Shown one piece after another: positions 59,560 to 64,000 of a stretch of DNA of 64,000 bases (its first letter is position 1; each line of letters opens with the position of its first letter). Below the pieces are notes generated by a model. The model did not search any database, was not told the DNA's origin, and saw only the letters and a list, made by a program, of their open reading frames with translations. Source of the stretch: a virus; the IMG/VR virus record IMGVR_UViG_3300020474_000005, positions 12,000-75,999 of that record; one strand, written 5' to 3'. The translations under genes and the position numbers were made by a program.

Positions 59560-60003
59560 ATGGACATTAGAGATTTTTTAAAGAAAGTTGATAACATTCA
59601 AAACAAAGAGCAGATGAAAGAAGACGTGAAAAGAATACACGTTAAAGAAGCATCGCAAGTTATGTTATATGGTGACACACCAGAAGATATGAATGCTATT
59701 GCACAAATATTTAAAAGTGCAGGAGTAACTCCTCCAGCACCAGTTGAAGGTCCTAAGCCAGAAGCAGAAGAAGTTCCAGCAACTGAAGAAGTTCCAGGCA
59801 AAGCAAACACAACGCCAAAACCTGAATACAAAGACACAGGTTATATGCAGAAAGATATTGCAGGCGGAATCAACAAGCCAAAAAAAATGTACAGAAAAGA
59901 TTATCCAGGTGATAATCCAATGGCTGTTGAGACAGAAGAAAAAACTAATTCTATCAAAGAAGAATTACAAAAAGCATACGAAGATTTCAAAAAAAAAGAC
60001 TAG
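59560..60003 (+). CDS. hypothetical charged protein, possibly extended to 60167 by -1 frameshift
   Basis: Likely start MDIRDF at 59560; ends TTC AAA AAA AAA GAC TAG. Confidence 0.7.
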   Translation: MDIRDFLKKVDNIQNKEQMKEDVKRIHVKEASQVMLYGDTPEDMNAIAQIFKSAGVTPPAPVEGPKPEAEEVPATEEVPGKANTTPKPEYKDTGYMQKDIAGGINKPKKMYRKDYPGDNPMAVETEEKTNSIKEELQKAYEDFKKKD

Positions 60004-60210
60004 CGGAACGTCCACTTACCAAGCCAGAAAAGCGTAAAGTCACTCATTACAAAAAGAAATTTGACAAGAAAAATGTCAAAAAAGACTTTATAAAACGTTA
60101 TGGAAAAGAAAAAGGCACTGCTTATATGTACGCAACCATCAATAAGATGGCAAAGAAAAACGCATAATCAAAATATTTTTCACCTACCTATAACAGCATA
60201 AGTATATTAT

Positions 60211-61797
60211 ATGAGTAATAAAAGTTTAGATGGTGTATTAACGAAGAAAGCACACACAAGGGAAAAGTTTTCCGAAGAACAGATACAAGACCTTGTTGAG
60301 TGTTCAAATACCAAAACAGGTTTTGAATACTTTGCCAGAAAGTTTTTTTATATTCAACACCCAGTTGAAGGCAAAATGTTATTCAAAGCATTTGAATATC
60401 AAAAAAATTTATTACACAGTTATCACAATCATAGATTTAATGTTAATATGTTACCTAGACAAAGTGGTAAAACAACCACTGCGGCTTGTTACCTATTATG
60501 GTTTGCTATGTTTCATCCGGATCAAACAATATTAATTGCGGCACACAAATACACTGGTGCACAGGAAATTATGCAACGTATCCGTTATGGATATGAACTT
60601 TGTCCTAATCATGTTAGAGCAGGTGTTGTAAATTATAATAAAGGATCAATGGAATTTGAAAATGGATCACGTATTGTAAGTGCAACGACAACAGGTAACA
60701 CAGGTAGAGGTATGTCGATATCTTTACTTTACTGTGATGAGTTTGCATTTGTTAATCCAGGAATAGCAAAAGAATTTTGGACTTCAATATCTCCAACACT
60801 AGCAACTGGTGGACGTGCGATTATTACTTCAACTCCTAATTCAGATGAAGATGTCTTTGCAACAATCTGGAGAGAAAGCCAAAACAAATTTGATGAACAC
60901 GGCAACGAACAGGAACTAGGACAGAATGGTTTCCATGGCTTTACTGCAAGTTGGGACGAACATCCTGACAGGGACGAAAAATGGAAACAAGAAGAACTTG
61001 GTCGTATCGGTGAAGAAAGATTTAGACGTGAATACGGTTGTGAATTTTTAGTATTTGACGAAACATTAGTCAACAGTATTATACTATCCACATTAGAAGG
61101 TACGCAACCTATTGTGAACATGGGACAAACACGTTGGTACAAAAAAATGGATGCTCAAAAAACTTATGTGATTGCTTTAGATCCTGCTATGGGTACAGGT
61201 GGAGACAATGCCGCAATTCAAGTTTTAGAATTACCTACGTTCGAACAAGTAGCAGAATGGAAACACAACACAACAGCGATACCACAACAAATAAGAATAT
61301 TAAGGGATATTATAAATCACATAAAAGAGGAAACACAGAGCACAGGTTCTAATATCTACTGGAGTGTGGAGAACAACACAATAGGTGAATCAGCACTGCT
61401 TGTTATCAACGACTTTGGGGAAGAAAACATACCGGGAATGTTTGTTAGTGAACCTATTAGAAAAGGTCATATTAGAAAATTTAGAAAAGGATTCAACACA
61501 ACACACAGAACTAAAATTAGTGCCTGTGCTAGATTGAAGTCTATGGTAGAAAAGGGCAAACTAAAAATTAATAGTAAACCATTCATTACTGAATTAAAGG
61601 CATTTGTTGCATCAGGATCATCATACAAGGCTAAAACCGGAGAAACAGATGACCTAGTAAGTTCTATGCTTCTAGCCATGCGGATAGTGTCCGTTTTAAA
61701 GGATTGGGATCCTAAAGTATACACGTCATTCAGTCAAGCAGACGAGGATACAGCGGATAGAGTGTACCCATTACCCCTTTTCATTAGTAGCAGTTAG
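60211..61797 (+). CDS. terL: terminase large subunit (T4 gp17-like)
   Basis: PRQSGKTT Walker A, LLYCDEFAF Walker B, ITSTPN, FRREYGCEF, DPAMGTGGD and DDLV. Confidence 0.95.
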   Translation: MSNKSLDGVLTKKAHTREKFSEEQIQDLVECSNTKTGFEYFARKFFYIQHPVEGKMLFKAFEYQKNLLHSYHNHRFNVNMLPRQSGKTTTAACYLLWFAMFHPDQTILIAAHKYTGAQEIMQRIRYGYELCPNHVRAGVVNYNKGSMEFENGSRIVSATTTGNTGRGMSISLLYCDEFAFVNPGIAKEFWTSISPTLATGGRAIITSTPNSDEDVFATIWRESQNKFDEHGNEQELGQNGFHGFTASWDEHPDRDEKWKQEELGRIGEERFRREYGCEFLVFDETLVNSIILSTLEGTQPIVNMGQTRWYKKMDAQKTYVIALDPAMGTGGDNAAIQVLELPTFEQVAEWKHNTTAIPQQIRILRDIINHIKEETQSTGSNIYWSVENNTIGESALLVINDFGEENIPGMFVSEPIRKGHIRKFRKGFNTTHRTKISACARLKSMVEKGKLKINSKPFITELKAFVASGSSYKAKTGETDDLVSSMLLAMRIVSVLKDWDPKVYTSFSQADEDTADRVYPLPLFISSS

Positions 61798-61812
61798 TGA
61801 TAAATATAAAAT

Positions 61813-64000
61813 ATGAACTTACAAGCAATAGGAAAAGACCTTTTTAACAAGATCAGAGGACGATTCCCTGGTGTCACCATAGGTGATTCAACGGGTAAAA
61901 TTACCAATAAACCAGAGGATGCAAGGTTTTTCGACTTCGAATTCAAAGAAGGTGGAAACGTGCTAGGAAAGGTAAGTATTAGTATAAGCGAAGAAGATGG
62001 CTTGGTTGTACTGCATAATAAGGACATGGTTGAAGGCGCAGATGACGGTGTCAAAACGAGTTGGTATAACTTTTTAAAGGAAATGGGTCAATTCGCAAAA
62101 GCAAGAGTGCTTTCATTCGATACAAGAGATATCACAAAAAGCAATCTTGAAAAAAGAGACTATGAGTTTTTAGGTCAAGGGAAAGAGGTAGATACAATGA
62201 GTGAATCAAACTTATTTGGAACAACAAAAACAAGTTTCCAATCAATAGGAGAAGCGAGACTTGTAATAAAACATTCAGCACCCGTAGACCAATCAGTTGC
62301 AGGCGGACGCACACACAAAATAGAATCAATTTTTATTGAATCTCCAGAAGGTGAAAGATTCAAGTATCCAATCAAACATTTAAATGGTGCAAGAGCGATG
62401 GCACGTCACGTAAGTGAAGGTGGTAAACCATATGACTCATTTGGAAAACACATAACAGGTTTAAGTGAAGAATTAAGCAAATTAAAATCTTTCAAAACTT
62501 ACATAAATCGTTCAAACGTTATGGCAGAAGGTTTAAAAGAATATCAAGGTATAGTTGATGAAAGAATAGATTCAATCAAAATTGAATGCGTAAAATTACA
62601 AAGATCATCAAACTACAAAGAAAATTTAGAAAGTTTTAAAGAATCAGATTCAATAGAAGTTCCAGAAGACATCAAGAAAAACTGGATAGATGAATTAACA
62701 ATCAAAACTTTCAAAGAAGAATTACAAGATGTATTTCCTTACATTTACAAATTAGTAACAGAAAAAACAGCAATACAAGATTTAGAACCAGAATCATTTG
62801 AAGCACATGGTTATCAAGGTGGCACAGAAGCAAGAAGATATGAATACGATCTTGCTGGTGACTATTCACCTGAAGAGCCAGTTTCAGAAAAAGATGCTGA
62901 ACAGGTAAAAGAACTTTTACAAAAAGCAGGTATTAATGCAGATGTACAATCAAGAGAAGACAGATACCAAGGTATAGTAATTCACACAGATGCAGGAAAA
63001 GAAGAAGTTGAAAAAGTTTTAGGTGGAATGATTGAAACTATGGGACAAGTGTTTGGTGATTTCGAAGACGCAATGGAACAAATAGTAGATGAAGGTAATG
63101 CTTTATTTTCTCAAGATCCAGAAGAACAAAAAGAAGCAGTACAAAAATTAAATCAAATGATGCAGAAACATTTTCCTGTTGGTGTAAACGGTACAAATGG
63201 TATTGAAAGCATTCAAGGTATAATAGACGATGAGGAATTCAACGATGCAATAGAACAAGCGTCTAAAGAAAACAGTGATCTTTGTATGCGTCCAATGATT
63301 ATGGATTATGTAATGTCAAAAGATCCACAACTTGCATCAAGACTAGACACAGGAGACATGAAGAAAGAAAATGCTCCAATTACGTTTGAAGATATCAAAC
63401 CATATGTTTCAATGTACAAAGGTGACGATGGCAAAATGGTTTATGACGTGCTAGACAAAGATGAGAAATCTGTTTTCAAAACAAATAAAGCCGAAGATGC
63501 AATGAAGTATTTGAAAAAGAATTTTGACAAATTAAGATACAAAGATGTAAAAGAAGATAAAAAAGATGGTTTTGAATATCCAGAAGACGGAAAGTATGGA
63601 TATAAAGCAGAAGTAGGAAAAACTGATGCAGATATTACAATTCATGACAGTGAAACAGATGAAATTTTACATATAAAAGATATGCAGAATGTAGATATAG
63701 AAGACCAAGAAACACTTGCAATGATTTGGGACGAGAACCACGACGGGGATGAAAGAGCAATCGCGGCAATGAAAACTGCTAGAGATCAAGAAGAATCAGA
63801 AGAATCAAAACCAGAATTACCAAATGCAACACCTGAAATGGTTGAAGAATTTATCAAAAGTTTCTTTGACTACACAACAAATAAATTTCCAAAAGGTGAA
63901 ACTGCAATCTTAACTGCTGTTGAGAAAAAGTTTGGAGAAGACCTAATAGGCTCTGCACAGGAGACTATCCACAAGATGACAGCCGGCAACGACCAAGAAA
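61813..64000 (+). CDS. large acidic hypothetical protein, truncated by the window end (more than 729 aa), not in the ORF track
   Basis: MNLQAIGKDLFNKIRGRF...; I read the frame open to 64000; TAAATA ends 6 nt before the ATG. Confidence 0.8.
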   Translation, partial: MNLQAIGKDLFNKIRGRFPGVTIGDSTGKITNKPEDARFFDFEFKEGGNVLGKVSISISEEDGLVVLHNKDMVEGADDGVKTSWYNFLKEMGQFAKARVLSFDTRDITKSNLEKRDYEFLGQGKEVDTMSESNLFGTTKTSFQSIGEARLVIKHSAPVDQSVAGGRTHKIESIFIESPEGERFKYPIKHLNGARAMARHVSEGGKPYDSFGKHITGLSEELSKLKSFKTYINRSNVMAEGLKEYQGIVDERIDSIKIECVKLQRSSNYKENLESFKESDSIEVPEDIKKNWIDELTIKTFKEELQDVFPYIYKLVTEKTAIQDLEPESFEAHGYQGGTEARRYEYDLAGDYSPEEPVSEKDAEQVKELLQKAGINADVQSREDRYQGIVIHTDAGKEEVEKVLGGMIETMGQVFGDFEDAMEQIVDEGNALFSQDPEEQKEAVQKLNQMMQKHFPVGVNGTNGIESIQGIIDDEEFNDAIEQASKENSDLCMRPMIMDYVMSKDPQLASRLDTGDMKKENAPITFEDIKPYVSMYKGDDGKMVYDVLDKDEKSVFKTNKAEDAMKYLKKNFDKLRYKDVKEDKKDGFEYPEDGKYGYKAEVGKTDADITIHDSETDEILHIKDMQNVDIEDQETLAMIWDENHDGDERAIAAMKTARDQEESEESKPELPNATPEMVEEFIKSFFDYTTNKFPKGETAILTAVEKKFGEDLIGSAQETIHKMTAGNDQE

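Noticed and set aside
60211-61797. Intein or intron in terL
   Set aside because: At 528 aa with contiguous ATPase and nuclease motifs, it shows no insertion.
363-62375. Many short antisense or alternate-frame ORFs in the track (e.g. 4857..5504, 9609..10112, 34707..35219, 59744..60037)
   Set aside because: They are shadows of long genes with biased codon usage and have no RBS, promoter or recognisable motif.
1-64000. tRNA genes, CRISPR arrays or stop-codon recoding
   Set aside because: No cloverleaf with a T-loop or repeat-spacer array was seen, and conserved genes read through intact in the standard code.
1-64000. Assigning a specific host such as SAR11 or a cyanobacterium
   Set aside because: Low GC and the 2OG/heptose genes are suggestive of marine phages, but the window has no diagnostic host marker.

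Overview
The window is the virion-morphogenesis region of a large, AT-rich, T4-related (myovirus-like, probably aquatic or marine jumbo) phage. From 0.4 to 42.3 kb on the + strand is a long run of paralogous baseplate, fibre and adhesin-type proteins (up to 2336 aa). Inside that run sits a cassette of three very Cys-rich Gly-rich proteins, two chaperone-like paralogs, two GT9 (heptosyltransferase-like) genes and a NodU/TobZ-type carbamoyltransferase. From 42.3 to 48.5 kb on the - strand is a unit that joins the neck/tail-completion genes (gp14-like, gp15-like) to NUDIX, hldE, a 2OG-Fe(II) oxygenase, hldD and a cupin. From 48.6 to 64 kb are gp13-like, a 2OG oxygenase, dNMP kinase, an HNH-like gene, tail sheath, tail tube, gp4-like, FkbM, small membrane proteins, a putative TerS, TerL and a large acidic ORF that runs off the end. 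The best candidate for an undescribed system is a phage-encoded virion heptosylation/carbamoylation pathway. Both of its GT9 enzymes carry Arg where WaaC has its catalytic Asp, and they lie next to the Cys-rich adhesin-like trio. Other signals are a probable -1 frameshift at an A9G run, two structured 5' leader RNAs, many apparently leaderless TAAATA late transcripts, domain-cassette swapping between fibre paralogs, a dead esterase domain, a type-1-copper-like fibre tip, and apparent GCWGC/AGCT avoidance. All assignments come from motif recognition by eye; no searches were run.
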